64,000 bases of DNA from Limnochordia bacterium (GCA_050951545.1 JBMNJG010000012.1:128001-192000); one strand, 5' to 3'. Shown: positions 30,362 through 41,378, counted from the stretch's first letter. Made by a program: numbers and translations. The notes: a model not told the origin generated them from the sequence alone.

Positions 30362-33300
30362 TTACATAGCTTTCTCTTGCTGTTGCGAGGACAAGCGCAA
30401 AGTTACGAGATTGGATGTGGCGGCTCGGTCCATGGTCACTCCGTAGAGAGTATCTGCCACCTCCATGGTTGCCTGGCGATGTGTAATCACCAAAAACTGG
30501 GTTTTCGCCGAGAACTCCACCAGCAGTGAAGCGAAACGTCCCAGATTGCGTTCGTCAAGAGCTGCGTCAACCTCGTCAAGCACACAGAAGGGACTCGGCC
30601 TAACCGCCAGAATGGCGAAGATGAGGGCGATGGCAGTGAGCGCGCGCTCCCCTCCCGAGAGAGCAATCAAACGCTGCATCGCCTTGCCTGGGGGTTGGGC
30701 CATCAGTTCCAGACCTGAGTCGAGAGGGTTTGATTCATCGAGCCAGACGAGGTCGGCTGTCCCTCCACCAAACAGCCTCCGGAATAGCTCAGTGAAGGCC
30801 TGCCGCACATCGCGATACGTGGTCATAAGGCGGCTGGTAGAGGTGGAATCAATCTCAGCGATCGTCTCCTCCAGATGCTGGCGAGCTGTCACCAAGTCCT
30901 GGCGTTGGTTGCACAAAAACGCGTACCGTTCGTTCACCTTGGCGAATTCCTCGGGGGCCGTAGGGTTCACAGAGCCCATCTCTTCCAGCTGCTGGTGGCA
31001 CTGCCCGAGCTCTCGTCGGACTTCGGTCACGTCCCATGTCGAGGTCTCAGGCGGAAACCCGTCGCTCTCTTCGGCACCGAGGGCAGCCAGTTTCTCCTCT
31101 ACGGTGGCCATCGCCGCTTGAACGCGGGCCAAAGAGACCGCCCGAGCCTGGATCTGCTCTTGTACCGCCTCGCCTGCGTCGCGCAGCTCTCTTTCGGCCG
31201 CAGTCTGCACGGACAGCTCAGCCTGAAGAGCTTTCTCGTGTTCCCGAAGCTCTCGGAGACGCTCCAGATACGCACTATGCTCAGCGTGGGCGGCTTCCAC
31301 TTGTCGACGATGCTGCGACATGGTGGCCTCCAGCTGCGTGAGCAACTGGTTGGCGACGCGTATGCTCTCCTCTTCGTCGTGAATGCGCTGCAACGCCTCT
31401 GCCAGAGCTCGTTCCCACTGGCCTAGCTTCGCGGCAGCAGCCTCTTTGTCATGGCTGGTTCTGGCGGCTGTGAGGCTAGCTTCGCCCAAAGAAGCTTGTA
31501 TCTCGTCGCGATGACGCATTGCCCGAGTCAGGCGCTGTGATATGCTTTCCATTTCCGCCCGCGATGACTCTCTCGCTGTGTTAGCCGCTGTCAACTGTTC
31601 GTGCACTCTCGCCAACCGCTCTGAGCGCTCGCGGTCTTGTCTACTGCTATCGTGTTCCTCTTGCGTCAGTTGCCTCCCCAGAACCTCAAGCCGCTGCCAC
31701 TCCTTCTCCAGGGCGGCGGCGTCGCCAGCTGCGCTTGCCTTATCCAGTTCCAGGGCGTGTCGCTTGCTGGCGTACTCCTTCACTTGGCTCTCCAGCGTTT
31801 GGACTCGGTCTTGGGCGGCAGCATACCTCTCTTTGAGCACGGTGCTTTCCTGCCCGAGAGACGCGAGCTGTTCGCGCAGCTCATCGAGCTCACGATTGCG
31901 AGACAGGAGACCCGGACCTCGGCGGGTCTGTGAGCCCCCCGTAATGGCCCCTCCGGGGGTGACCAAGTCTCCCTCCAAACTGACAATGCGCTGAAACCCG
32001 CGCACTCTCTTGCTCAATGTGAGCGCGCCCTGCAGGGTCCGCGCAAAGACAGTACGGCCAAGCAAGAAGTCCACAGCTGACTTGGCGCTCGGATTGCAGG
32101 AGATCAGGTCGGCAGCGACGCCGATAAACTCTGGGTGGGCAAGCGCTTGACGCTCGGCTGTTGAGAGCACGCGGTACCGCAAGGCATCGAGAGGCAGAAA
32201 CGTTGCTCGTCCAGAGCGCGTGCGCTTGAGGAAGGCAATAGCTGCCTCAGCAGCCTGTTCGGAATGGGTAACGATGCTTTGCAGCGAGTTCCCTAGAGCG
32301 GTCTCCACCGCCAAGTCCAACTCAGCAGGTACACGGATGAGATCGGCCACGGAGCCCAGGATGCCTTCTCCGAGCTCTCGGCGGGCCGCCAGCACACTGC
32401 GTGCGCCCTGAAAATACCCTTCATAGGAGTCGGCCATACTCTCCAGGACGCGGAATCGAGACTCCACCTCACTCAGAAGCCGAGTCTGTTCTGAGTGCCT
32501 CTTCTCTAGCTTGGTTCTCGCTGCAGCCGCTTCACGCAACCCCGCCTCAGTGGTCTCAGCAGTTAGCTGCACTTGCGTGAGCGCCGAGTTCAGCTCAGTG
32601 AGCCTCGTATTCAGCTGCCCGCGTTCGGCTGCCACATCAGCAACTCGTTTCTCGTGAGCGGCGCGCTCACGCTCCAATCGTCTACGCTGAGACTCGGATT
32701 GCTCCTCAGAGCCCTTTTCACTACGCAGTTCGCCTTCACAGAGTGCAGCGATGCGTTCGCTTTCGGCCAGACCTTGCCGTGCCTGATCCAGTTGCTCGGA
32801 GAGCAAGTGCATCTCAAGTTCGCTTTCCGCTCGTGTTTCTTCAATGGCGGCGAGTACGGCGTTTTGGCTATCATGGGCGTGTCTGAGCCGTGTCAGGGCC
32901 TCTGTCGCCTCGGTGCGTTGCTGTTGTGCTAGAGTAGCTTGGGCCTTCAGCTTGCTTAGTGCTTCGGCACTGCGCTGCAGGTCACGTTGTGCTTGGTGTT
33001 CCTTCTCCATCCCGAGCTCGATGCTGTGCGTAAGCTGTTGCTCGCGTTCACGTGCCGCCTGCAGCTTCTCCCTGGTGATCTCCATCTCGTCCTGATCGCG
33101 GTTAACCTTCTGCTCCAACTCGACGCGCCGTTCTTGTACGCTGTGGACCTCCGCAGATAGACTGTCTTTCTTGGCTACCAGGAGGGCGTGTCGCTCGGCT
33201 TCGCGCAGGGAACTCCGCTCAAGACGCCTTCTATCGTGATACAGGAGGGCCAATTCAAGCTCGCGCACTTTGGTGCTGAGCTGAAGGTGGTACCTGGCCT

Positions 33301-33931
33301 TCTCCGCTGCTTCCTGCAACGGTTCAAGACGATCAGTGATTTCAGCGATGAGATCATCCACACGCAGTAGATTCTCGGCGGTCTCGCTTAGCTTCTCTAT
33401 CGCCTCTTCCTTACGTGTGCGATAGCGCGTGACTCCAGCGGCGTCCTCCAGAAGAAGTCGCCGTTGCTCGGGCGCAGCATTCAAGACGGCATCGACTTCA
33501 CCCTGCCCAACAAGCGAGAGGGAGCCGCGGCCAATGCCGCTATCCAAGAGCATCTCCTGAATGTCACGTAGTCGGCATGGTGTCTTATTGATAGCGAACT
33601 GGCTGTCACCCGAGCGAAACACCCGCCGAGTAATAGTCACTTCGCTATAGTCCAATGGCAACAGGCCTGATGAATTGTCGAGACACATAGAGACTTCCGC
33701 CATGCCCAAAGCGCGTCGTGCATCACTGCCGGAGAAGATGATGTCTTGTACACGCGTGCCGCGCAGGGTGCGCACACTCTGCTCGCCCAAGACCCAGCGA
33801 ATAGCATCGGAGATATTGCTTTTGCCGCTGCCGTTAGGCCCGACAACAGCGGCCACCCCCGGCAGGAACGAGAGCTCTACACGGCTAGCAAATGACTTGA
33901 ATCCTTGCATAACAAGGCTCTTGAGATACAC
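30362..33931 (-). CDS. smc: Chromosome segregation protein SMC
   Basis: GFKSF, GPNGSGKSN, long coiled coils, hinge GRATFLPL, LSGGE, LDEVDAALD. Confidence 0.97.
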   Translation of the reverse strand: MYLKSLVMQGFKSFASRVELSFLPGVAAVVGPNGSGKSNISDAIRWVLGEQSVRTLRGTRVQDIIFSGSDARRALGMAEVSMCLDNSSGLLPLDYSEVTITRRVFRSGDSQFAINKTPCRLRDIQEMLLDSGIGRGSLSLVGQGEVDAVLNAAPEQRRLLLEDAAGVTRYRTRKEEAIEKLSETAENLLRVDDLIAEITDRLEPLQEAAEKARYHLQLSTKVRELELALLYHDRRRLERSSLREAERHALLVAKKDSLSAEVHSVQERRVELEQKVNRDQDEMEITREKLQAAREREQQLTHSIELGMEKEHQAQRDLQRSAEALSKLKAQATLAQQQRTEATEALTRLRHAHDSQNAVLAAIEETRAESELEMHLLSEQLDQARQGLAESERIAALCEGELRSEKGSEEQSESQRRRLERERAAHEKRVADVAAERGQLNTRLTELNSALTQVQLTAETTEAGLREAAAARTKLEKRHSEQTRLLSEVESRFRVLESMADSYEGYFQGARSVLAARRELGEGILGSVADLIRVPAELDLAVETALGNSLQSIVTHSEQAAEAAIAFLKRTRSGRATFLPLDALRYRVLSTAERQALAHPEFIGVAADLISCNPSAKSAVDFLLGRTVFARTLQGALTLSKRVRGFQRIVSLEGDLVTPGGAITGGSQTRRGPGLLSRNRELDELREQLASLGQESTVLKERYAAAQDRVQTLESQVKEYASKRHALELDKASAAGDAAALEKEWQRLEVLGRQLTQEEHDSSRQDRERSERLARVHEQLTAANTARESSRAEMESISQRLTRAMRHRDEIQASLGEASLTAARTSHDKEAAAAKLGQWERALAEALQRIHDEEESIRVANQLLTQLEATMSQHRRQVEAAHAEHSAYLERLRELREHEKALQAELSVQTAAERELRDAGEAVQEQIQARAVSLARVQAAMATVEEKLAALGAEESDGFPPETSTWDVTEVRRELGQCHQQLEEMGSVNPTAPEEFAKVNERYAFLCNQRQDLVTARQHLEETIAEIDSTSTSRLMTTYRDVRQAFTELFRRLFGGGTADLVWLDESNPLDSGLELMAQPPGKAMQRLIALSGGERALTAIALIFAILAVRPSPFCVLDEVDAALDERNLGRFASLLVEFSAKTQFLVITHRQATMEVADTLYGVTMDRAATSNLVTLRLSSQQQEKAM

Positions 33932-34056
33932 GCTACGGCCCCTTTATGGCTAGGAACAGCAACTATGTAACTTCGCTGCCTGCCTCGAAAAGCCCTGCAG
34001 CAAGGATCCACAAAGCAGGGCATTGTCGATCGAGGGGGCTGAGAGCCATGATCCCG

Positions 34057-34749
34057 CTAGCTACCCATTCTCAGATTCAGGTAGAGGTCCTTGCGCTGGC
34101 GGACTTTGGTTGGCACCGAAGGATTGAGCAACGATCCATGGTTCCTGAGTATCCGACGCAACTTGGATTTGACCCGTGTGCGGGCGTTGTCGACGACTTT
34201 GGCCTTGACGCCTATCTCGCTCTCAATCTCGCTGCAAGAGTATCCCTGCAACAGATATGTTACTACTGTGTACTCTAGAAATGATAAATGAGCCCGTAGA
34301 ACCTCTTCAATTTTCTCATCGACTAGTTTGGACTCTATTCTATCGAGCGGATCGTAATCTGACTCTTTGTCGGAAATGAGATCGAGGACTGTACGGGTCT
34401 CTTCGACGTTGACAAAGCTTTGCAGTGATACCGCGGTGTTGAGAGCCTTGTGCTTATTGCCGTTGCTCTGCTTTATGACGTTGTACACCTTGCGGATGAT
34501 ACAGATGTAAGCGAAGGAGCTGAATTTGACATTGAACTCGTCGGGGCGGTATTCGTCAATAGCTGACAGCAACCCAATGAAACCTTCTTGCATAAGGTCG
34601 TCGAATTCAAGCGAAGGGGCGAAGTGCTTTCTTACGATGTGTTTGACCATGGGCAGGTACTTGCGAACCATCTCTTCTTTGACACGTCCCTCGCCCAGGC
34701 GGATGCGCTGCAGGAGCGCCAGGTCAGCTTCCTGGTTAGGGTCAAACAT
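34057..34749 (-). CDS. SigH-like sigma-70 family RNA polymerase sigma factor (probable paralog)
   Basis: DDLMQEG.IGL..AI..Y, F.SFA..CI.R, NKH..LN..VSL, LS..E..V...L.GYS..EI, K.VDNA..RVK.KL match the SigH pattern. Confidence 0.85.
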   Translation of the reverse strand: MFDPNQEADLALLQRIRLGEGRVKEEMVRKYLPMVKHIVRKHFAPSLEFDDLMQEGFIGLLSAIDEYRPDEFNVKFSSFAYICIIRKVYNVIKQSNGNKHKALNTAVSLQSFVNVEETRTVLDLISDKESDYDPLDRIESKLVDEKIEEVLRAHLSFLEYTVVTYLLQGYSCSEIESEIGVKAKVVDNARTRVKSKLRRILRNHGSLLNPSVPTKVRQRKDLYLNLRMGS

Positions 34750-34895
34750 GACAAATCCTCCTCGCTCCAGCATCCTTGCCGGACCCAAGGGGGGTGACCC
34801 CTTGTCCCATAGCATGGCTATGCTATGGCCTGATGCTATATGCCATGGTTCATGCGGCTCGATAGGTACCGAGAATCTGGACGAAATTCACGTTG

Positions 34896-35156
34896 CTAAC
34901 GCGGTTCCACGATGAACTTGATGGCTGTGCGCTCTTGACCGTCGATCGTGATTTCCGCAAACGCGGGAATGCACACTAGGTCGATTCCGTTGGGAGCTAC
35001 GAAGCCACGGGCAATGGCGATGGCTTTCACGGCTTGATTGACAGCTCCGGCACCGACAGCCTGCAGCTCAACTTTTCCGTCTTCGCGCAACACGGCGGCC
35101 AGCGCTCCTGCGACAGCTTTGGGCTTGGATGTTGCTGAAACCCTGAGTTCCTCCAT
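34896..35156 (-). CDS. spoVS: Stage V sporulation protein S
   Basis: LRVSA.SKP.AVAGALA, AVGAGAVNQAVKAIAIARG, IPAF. Confidence 0.95.
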   Translation of the reverse strand: MEELRVSATSKPKAVAGALAAVLREDGKVELQAVGAGAVNQAVKAIAIARGFVAPNGIDLVCIPAFAEITIDGQERTAIKFIVEPR

Positions 35157-35348
35157 GTGGTTTCCCTCCTGCGATGCGAGCATCATAGTAGTTGGTGTCT
35201 TTCTGCAAGTGGGTAGGTTTGCCATATTTGAGGGCGTTTACGTGAGTGTGTGACTACTTCAGCGTCTTGAAGCGTTGTCCTGCATGCCATCTCGAAACGT
35301 CGGAGAAATAGCCATATGCGTGTGACAAACGGGAATCGGGCGGCTAGG

Positions 35349-36023
35349 CTAGTCGGAGGGGCGCACCTGCATCAGATTCAGCGCTTCTGCCGCGGCCTTC
35401 TGTTCAGCCTCTTTCTTGGAGCGGCCACAACCTTGACCCAAGCGCCGACCTCTATGTACGACCTCTACAGTGAATACCTTATCGTGGTCTGGACCCGACT
35501 CCTTAAGCACCCTGTACAAGGGCACTTGCTGTGACGATGCCTGTATGAGTTCCTGCAGGTGACCCTTGTAATCTTTGGCCGCGGGGTCAGCTAGGTCAGC
35601 CAACTGCGCAACCACGAAATCCCGTGCCGCGTGCCACCCGTGTCCGAGGTAGAGGGCACCGACTAGGGCTTCAAATGCATCTGCCAGTACGGAATCACGT
35701 TGGCGGCCCCCGCTCTTGTCCTCACCGCGTCCAAGGCGGACATACGAGCCGAGTTCTAGGGCCTGGGCAAGCCGAGCGAGTGACGACTCACTCACTGCTG
35801 TGGAGCGCGCTACAGTCAGTTCACCCTCCGATCGATGCGGGTACGCGCGGTAGAGATATTCAGTGTAGGCAAGCTCTATCACCGCATCGCCCAGAAACTC
35901 GAGCCGTTCGTTATCGGTTGCTCCTGGGTTCTCGCTAGCGTATGACTTGTGAGTGAGAGCCATGGTAAGCAGCGGCTCCGGTATGGACAACCCAAAAACT
36001 GATGTGATAGCGGGGTTGGTCAT
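35349..36023 (-). CDS. rnc: Ribonuclease III
   Basis: ALTHKS, NERLEFLGDAV, ADAFEAL.GA.YL, dsRBD with GPDH and SKKEAEQ.AA. Confidence 0.97.
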   Translation of the reverse strand: MTNPAITSVFGLSIPEPLLTMALTHKSYASENPGATDNERLEFLGDAVIELAYTEYLYRAYPHRSEGELTVARSTAVSESSLARLAQALELGSYVRLGRGEDKSGGRQRDSVLADAFEALVGALYLGHGWHAARDFVVAQLADLADPAAKDYKGHLQELIQASSQQVPLYRVLKESGPDHDKVFTVEVVHRGRRLGQGCGRSKKEAEQKAAAEALNLMQVRPSD

Positions 36024-36069
36024 GTGTCACTTCCACTCAGAGGGTCCGCATACACGGACCCTCTGTGAT

Positions 36070-37320
36070 CTAGACTTTGTTGTGATATCTCCGAAAGACT
36101 AACACTGCATTATGGCCTCCGAACCCGAAAGAGTTTGACATAGCTACATCCACGTCATGCATACGAGCCTGGTTTGGGACGTAGTCGAGATCGCAATCAG
36201 GGTCGGGGACTTCGTAGTTTATCGTAGGAGGGATGATGCCAGTTTCGAGTGTCTTGACGCAGATGATCGCTTCGACTCCTCCAGCTGCGCCTAGAAGATG
36301 TCCGGTCATCGACTTGGTCGAGCTGACAGGAACTTGATAGGCATGCTCACCAAAGACCCGTTTGATCGCCAACGTTTCGACGTAATCGTTCTTCAGCGTT
36401 GAGGTACCGTGAGCGTTGATATAACCTACACTCTCCGGTGTGAGACCAGCATCCTCCAGTGCAAGCTGCATAGCCCTGGCGGCACCCTCGCCATCAGGAG
36501 CAGGGTCCGTAATGTGGTATGCGTCGCCAGTGCTGCCATAGCCTACGACCTCGGCGTAGATATGGGCCCCACGCCGTTTCGCGTGCTCTAGCTCCTCAAG
36601 CAACACGATGCCCGCGCCCTCCGCCATGACGAACCCATCGCGGAGTTTGTCAAAGGGGCGCGAGGCACGCTGAGGGTCATCATTGCGGGTGGAGAGTGTT
36701 CTGGCAGCACAGAAACCAGCCATGGCTAGTTCACCGATTGCTGCTTCCGCTCCACCCGCTACCATGCCGTCTGCCATGCCGTATTGGATGATCCGCGCAG
36801 CGTCGCCTATGGAGTTGGTACCCGAAGCACAGGCAGTGACGGTGCAGGCATTGTGGCCTCGAAGACCGAAAGCGATGGCAACCTGCCCTGCCGCCATATC
36901 AGGTATCATCATCGGCACAAAGAACGGGCTGACTCGATTTGGGCCTTTTAGCACCAAGGCTCGGCATTGGTCATGCATAGTCAGCATGCCACCTATCCCA
37001 GAGCCAATGACGACCCCAACTCGATCGAGATCCACTGAATCCAGATCCAAGCGCGCATCATCTAGGGCGAGCCGGGTAGCCGCGACAGCGAACTGGGCGA
37101 AGCGGTCAGTGCGTCTGGCGTCCTTGCGGTCCATGAAATCCGTTGGATCGAAGTCGGACACCTCCGCCGCGATTCGACTTGTGAGTCTTGACGCATCAAA
37201 GACACGGATGGTGCCAACACCTGGCACACCGGCCTGGATGGAAGACCACAACTGAGAAATACCTGTACCGCACGACGTCACAGCGCCTAAGCCAGTGACT
37301 ACCACTCGCCTCTTCACCAC
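36070..37320 (-). CDS. fabF: 3-oxoacyl-ACP synthase II
   Basis: [41 protein letters not shown]. Confidence 0.97.
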   Translation of the reverse strand: MVKRRVVVTGLGAVTSCGTGISQLWSSIQAGVPGVGTIRVFDASRLTSRIAAEVSDFDPTDFMDRKDARRTDRFAQFAVAATRLALDDARLDLDSVDLDRVGVVIGSGIGGMLTMHDQCRALVLKGPNRVSPFFVPMMIPDMAAGQVAIAFGLRGHNACTVTACASGTNSIGDAARIIQYGMADGMVAGGAEAAIGELAMAGFCAARTLSTRNDDPQRASRPFDKLRDGFVMAEGAGIVLLEELEHAKRRGAHIYAEVVGYGSTGDAYHITDPAPDGEGAARAMQLALEDAGLTPESVGYINAHGTSTLKNDYVETLAIKRVFGEHAYQVPVSSTKSMTGHLLGAAGGVEAIICVKTLETGIIPPTINYEVPDPDCDLDYVPNQARMHDVDVAMSNSFGFGGHNAVLVFRRYHNKV

Positions 37321-37347
37321 AACCCACCTCCGATAGATTGCCGCTGG

Positions 37348-37584
37348 CTAGCCCTCCACCTTCGCCTTGATGTACTTTACTGCAGCTCCCACAGTGGTGA
37401 TCTTCTCTGCATCTTCATCAGGGATCTCCAGTTCAAACTCTTCTTCGAATGCCATCACCAGTTCTACAATGTCGAGCGAGTCGGCCCCCAGGTCGTCGAC
37501 AAAGGAAGCCTCGACTGTAACCTCCTCTGTGTCAACACCCAGTTGGTCTACCACCAGTTCTCGTACGCGCTCCAAGATGTCCAC
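37348..37584 (-). CDS. acpP: Acyl carrier protein
   Basis: [24 protein letters not shown]. Confidence 0.97.
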   Translation of the reverse strand: MDILERVRELVVDQLGVDTEEVTVEASFVDDLGADSLDIVELVMAFEEEFELEIPDEDAEKITTVGAAVKYIKAKVEG

Positions 37585-37630
37585 AAAGTCACCCCCTTCA
37601 TACCAACTATATCTGTTACCTGTGTGACCC

Positions 37631-38371
37631 TCACATAGCCAATCCACCATCCACAACAAGGGTCTGCCCTGTGATATATGCGGCATCGTCACTTGCCAGA
37701 AAAGCTATTGCTGCCGCTATCTCTTCGGGTCTGCCCGTGCGTCCCATGGGAATACTCTCCTGAAGACGCTCTCGTTGTGGCAAAGGCAGGGCTTGTGTCA
37801 TGTGAGTCTCTATGTAGCCCGGGGCCACAGCATTGACCCTCACGTTGCGGGAAGCCACCTCTTTGGCCAAGCTTTTGGTAAGACCCAGGATGCCCGCTTT
37901 GGCGGCCGCATAGTTTGCTTGGCCAGCGTTGCCGATAACCCCTACAATCGAGCTTACGTTGACGATGCATCCTGTACGTGCTTTGATCATCGGACGCAGT
38001 ACAGCCTTGCAGCACCGATAGACACCCTTGAGATTGGTGTCGAGCACAAGATCCCAGTCGTCTTCACCCATGCGCAACATAAGTGCGTCCCTCGTAACGC
38101 CTGCGTTGTTAACGAGAATGTCAATGCGACCAAACTCAGCAAGTACCTTCGCTACCGCTGCCTCGCAAGAACTGGTCGATGTGACATCGAGGGTTACAGC
38201 TAGGCTTGGGTTCGCAGTCCGTGGCAGCTCGGTTACAACCTTTTGCGCTGCAGCAATGTCACGTGCACAGACGGCTACGGCGGTGCCCGTGGCCGCAAGT
38301 CTTTCAGCGACCGCGCGTCCCAAGCCTCTGTTTGCTCCCGTTACGATGGCGATCTTCCCAGCAAGACTCAT
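37631..38371 (-). CDS. fabG: 3-oxoacyl-ACP reductase
   Basis: [24 protein letters not shown]. Confidence 0.95.
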   Translation of the reverse strand: MSLAGKIAIVTGANRGLGRAVAERLAATGTAVAVCARDIAAAQKVVTELPRTANPSLAVTLDVTSTSSCEAAVAKVLAEFGRIDILVNNAGVTRDALMLRMGEDDWDLVLDTNLKGVYRCCKAVLRPMIKARTGCIVNVSSIVGVIGNAGQANYAAAKAGILGLTKSLAKEVASRNVRVNAVAPGYIETHMTQALPLPQRERLQESIPMGRTGRPEEIAAAIAFLASDDAAYITGQTLVVDGGLAM

Positions 38372-39315
38372 CTTACACCATTCCCTTTCGCCCACGCAAC
38401 GAATCTGCTCCAACCTGCGGGATTCTCAACACTGAACACTCGAGCTTCGGGGTCAATGCGTCGCACGAGACCCGAGAGTACTCGCCCTGGCCCTAACTCC
38501 ACAAACGTGTTTACCCCGTCAGCGCGCATGGTCTGAACCGTCTCTTCCCAGCGCACTGGTGAACTCACCTGAGTCACCAATGCCTCCAGAATCTCATCGG
38601 GATCTCGTACAGCTCTAGCATACGCGTTGCAGTAGACAGGTAGATCACATGGCTTGAGGTCTACTTCGTGGAGAGATTCCCGTAGGCACCCTCCTGCTGA
38701 TTTAAGCAGACTGGAGTGGAAAGGGCCACTGACACTTAATGGTTGAACTCGACGCGCACCAGCCTCCAGCGCAAGACGCATCGCTGTCTCTACGCCTTGC
38801 AGCGTCCCTGCTATCACAACCTGACCTCCGCCGTTAAGCGTGGCAAGCTCGACGACGCCCCGCCCACCAGCAGCGGCACAGATCTCCTCCACTTGCTGAG
38901 CGTGCATTCCCAGTACAGCTGCCATAGTGCCCGTGCCGGGTGGGACAGCTTCCTCCATGAAACGAGCCCGGAGACGCACAGTTCGCACGGCGTCTGCCAA
39001 GGACAGACACCCAGCAGCCACCAGGGCAGAGTACTCACCAAGACTATGGCCCGCCACGCAATACGGCTGGACTACCGATGCTGCTAAGCGGGCAATAGCC
39101 ACACTTAGCGAGACGATCGCTGGCTGTGTGTAGTAGGTCTGTCCCAGGCGCTCCGCTGGTCCATGAAACAGAAGCTCTGAGAGAGGTTCTCCTAGGGCTT
39201 TCTCCGCCTCACGCAGGGCCTGTGCTACCACAGGGAAGGCCTCGGCGAGTTCTTGGCCCATACCGACGTACTGCGCTCCCTGACCCGGGAAAATGAAAGC
39301 AATCCGTTCCACCAC
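38368..39315 (-). CDS. fabD: Malonyl-CoA:ACP transacylase
   Basis: FPGQGAQ, GHSLGEY, SGPFHS, PVRW. Confidence 0.96.
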   Translation of the reverse strand: MVERIAFIFPGQGAQYVGMGQELAEAFPVVAQALREAEKALGEPLSELLFHGPAERLGQTYYTQPAIVSLSVAIARLAASVVQPYCVAGHSLGEYSALVAAGCLSLADAVRTVRLRARFMEEAVPPGTGTMAAVLGMHAQQVEEICAAAGGRGVVELATLNGGGQVVIAGTLQGVETAMRLALEAGARRVQPLSVSGPFHSSLLKSAGGCLRESLHEVDLKPCDLPVYCNAYARAVRDPDEILEALVTQVSSPVRWEETVQTMRADGVNTFVELGPGRVLSGLVRRIDPEARVFSVENPAGWSRFVAWAKGNGVR

Positions 39316-39317
39316 AG

Positions 39318-40316
39318 CTAGTCCCGCTCCTTCGGTCCGGTCCACTGCAGTGCTAGCGCGCCCCATGTGAGGCCAGCTCCAAACCCTACAAGCACAAGGT
39401 GGTCTCCAGGGCTTACTCGACCTTCTTCAACAGCCTCACTGAGCGCGATAGCAACCGATGCCGCTGAGGTATTCCCGTACTTGTGCACATTAGCGAAGAC
39501 ACGCTCAGGGGGTAGGCCCAGCCTTCTGGCAGCAGCATCGATGATCCGGATATTGGCCTGATGAGGCAGAAAGAGCTCAATATCTTCCGAGGAAAGCCCC
39601 GCACGATCGAGCACCTTTAGAGAGGCATCGCTCATGATACGGACAGCGAACTTGAACACCTCGTTGCCCGCCATGTGAATGTAGTGCTTGCCAGCGTGTT
39701 GAGTCTCCTCACCCGTCGAATAGCGCGATTGGGCGGTTGGGATAAACAGCTTGTCTCCTCCGGTACCGTCTGCTCCCAATAAGGTAGCCAGGACCCCTCC
39801 CTTGGAGACTGGTCCCATGACACAGGCACCCGCCCCGTCGCCAAAGAGAACACAGGTGCTGCGGTCAGACCAATCGGTGATGCGTGAGAGCACATCAGCA
39901 CCGATCACCAAGACCCGATTGCTGGCGCCAGACTCAATACAGGAGGCAGCCATACCTATTGCATAAATGAAACCAGAGCAGCCCGCTGACAAGTCGAAGG
40001 CTGCGGCATGCTCTGCGCCCAAGCGCGCCTGCACCAGGCAAGACGTAGCAGGGAATGGCATGTCTGGCGTTACGGTAGCGACGATGATTAGGTCAATCTC
40101 ATCCGATGCGATGCCTGCATGCCGCAGAGCTGCTTCGGCTGCCCTGCTTGCCAGGTCAGAGGTGGTTTCATCTGCTGCTGCTATACGTCTCTCCTTGATC
40201 CCGGTGCGCGTGGTGATCCATTCATCGCTCGTCTCAACCATTTTCTCTAGGTCTGCGTTTGTGAGAACTCGCTCCGGAAGGGCTCGTCCCACGCCCCAGA
40301 TGCCTGCCTTCCGCAT
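39318..40316 (-). CDS. fabH: 3-oxoacyl-ACP synthase III
   Basis: TSDEWI..RTGI, AGCSGF, LFGDGAG, PHQAN, GNTSAAS, GFGAGL. Confidence 0.96.
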   Translation of the reverse strand: MRKAGIWGVGRALPERVLTNADLEKMVETSDEWITTRTGIKERRIAAADETTSDLASRAAEAALRHAGIASDEIDLIIVATVTPDMPFPATSCLVQARLGAEHAAAFDLSAGCSGFIYAIGMAASCIESGASNRVLVIGADVLSRITDWSDRSTCVLFGDGAGACVMGPVSKGGVLATLLGADGTGGDKLFIPTAQSRYSTGEETQHAGKHYIHMAGNEVFKFAVRIMSDASLKVLDRAGLSSEDIELFLPHQANIRIIDAAARRLGLPPERVFANVHKYGNTSAASVAIALSEAVEEGRVSPGDHLVLVGFGAGLTWGALALQWTGPKERD

Positions 40317-40388
40317 AGTACCAACCCCCCAGAAGATCGTGTTACGCTGTGCGGGCATGTCGGTGCCTTGAATCTTCGACACGCGTGC

Positions 40389-41378
40389 TCACGTGCGACC
40401 AGTGGCAAACGCCCGAATGTGACTGGTCACATCTTGCTCCACCGCTTCCTTCGCTACTCGAATAGCATTAAAGATGGCAGGCGCATCTGACGATCCGTGC
40501 GAGATAACGCAGATACCATCTACGCCTAGAAGCGGAGCCCCTCCGTACTCAGAGTAATCAAGGCGCGCCTTGACTCTCTGCAGTGCGTCCGTAATCAGTA
40601 GGCCACCTACCCTCGACTTTAGATCGGCGGATAGCGCATCGCGCAGTAGTAGGAAAATCGTTCTGGCCATACCTTCAGCGAACTTCAGCACCACATTGCC
40701 CACGAAACCGTCGCAGATGATGACATCGACACGACCGGACAAAATGTCCCTGCCTTCAATGTTGCCGACAAAATTGATCTGTGGCAACGCCTTCAACCGA
40801 GGAAAGACCTCCAGGACGAGCTCGCATCCTTTGGTCTCTTCTTCACCAATGTTCAGCAAACCCACGCGAGGTTTTTGCATGCCCAAAACTCGTTCTGCAT
40901 ATACCGAACCCATTCGTGCGTACTGAACCAGATGGTTGGGCTTAGCGTTGACGTGAGCACCAGCGTCTAGTAGCACACAGCGCCCCTCTGGGGTTGGCAT
41001 CACCGTACCTATCGCCGGACGCTCAATACCCTTGATGCGTCCCCAACTCAGGAGCGTGGCTACCATGGCAGCTCCAGTGCTCCCGGCACTCACCAAGGCA
41101 TCAGCACGGCCCTCTTTGACACTTCTAGCCGCCACTACGATAGAAGCATCTTTCTTCTTACGGGCGGCTCTTATCGCCAGGTCTTGCATCTCGATGACGT
41201 CAGACGCATGAAGAATCTCGATTCCGCTTCTGGGCAGATCAGCGAGCACAGGTTCGATGCGCTGTTGGTGACCCACAAGCAAGACTTCAACACCTAGTTC
41301 TTGAGCCGCGAGACTCGCCCCTTTGATGACCTCATCGGGGGCAAGGTCGCCTCCCATGGCGTCCACAGCGATTCGCAA
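40389..41378 (-). CDS. plsX: Phosphate acyltransferase PlsX
   Basis: IAVDAMGGD, SAG.TGA, RPA, NIG.EE.KG, DGFVGN, GGAPLLG. Confidence 0.96.
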   Translation of the reverse strand: MRIAVDAMGGDLAPDEVIKGASLAAQELGVEVLLVGHQQRIEPVLADLPRSGIEILHASDVIEMQDLAIRAARKKKDASIVVAARSVKEGRADALVSAGSTGAAMVATLLSWGRIKGIERPAIGTVMPTPEGRCVLLDAGAHVNAKPNHLVQYARMGSVYAERVLGMQKPRVGLLNIGEEETKGCELVLEVFPRLKALPQINFVGNIEGRDILSGRVDVIICDGFVGNVVLKFAEGMARTIFLLLRDALSADLKSRVGGLLITDALQRVKARLDYSEYGGAPLLGVDGICVISHGSSDAPAIFNAIRVAKEAVEQDVTSHIRAFATGRT

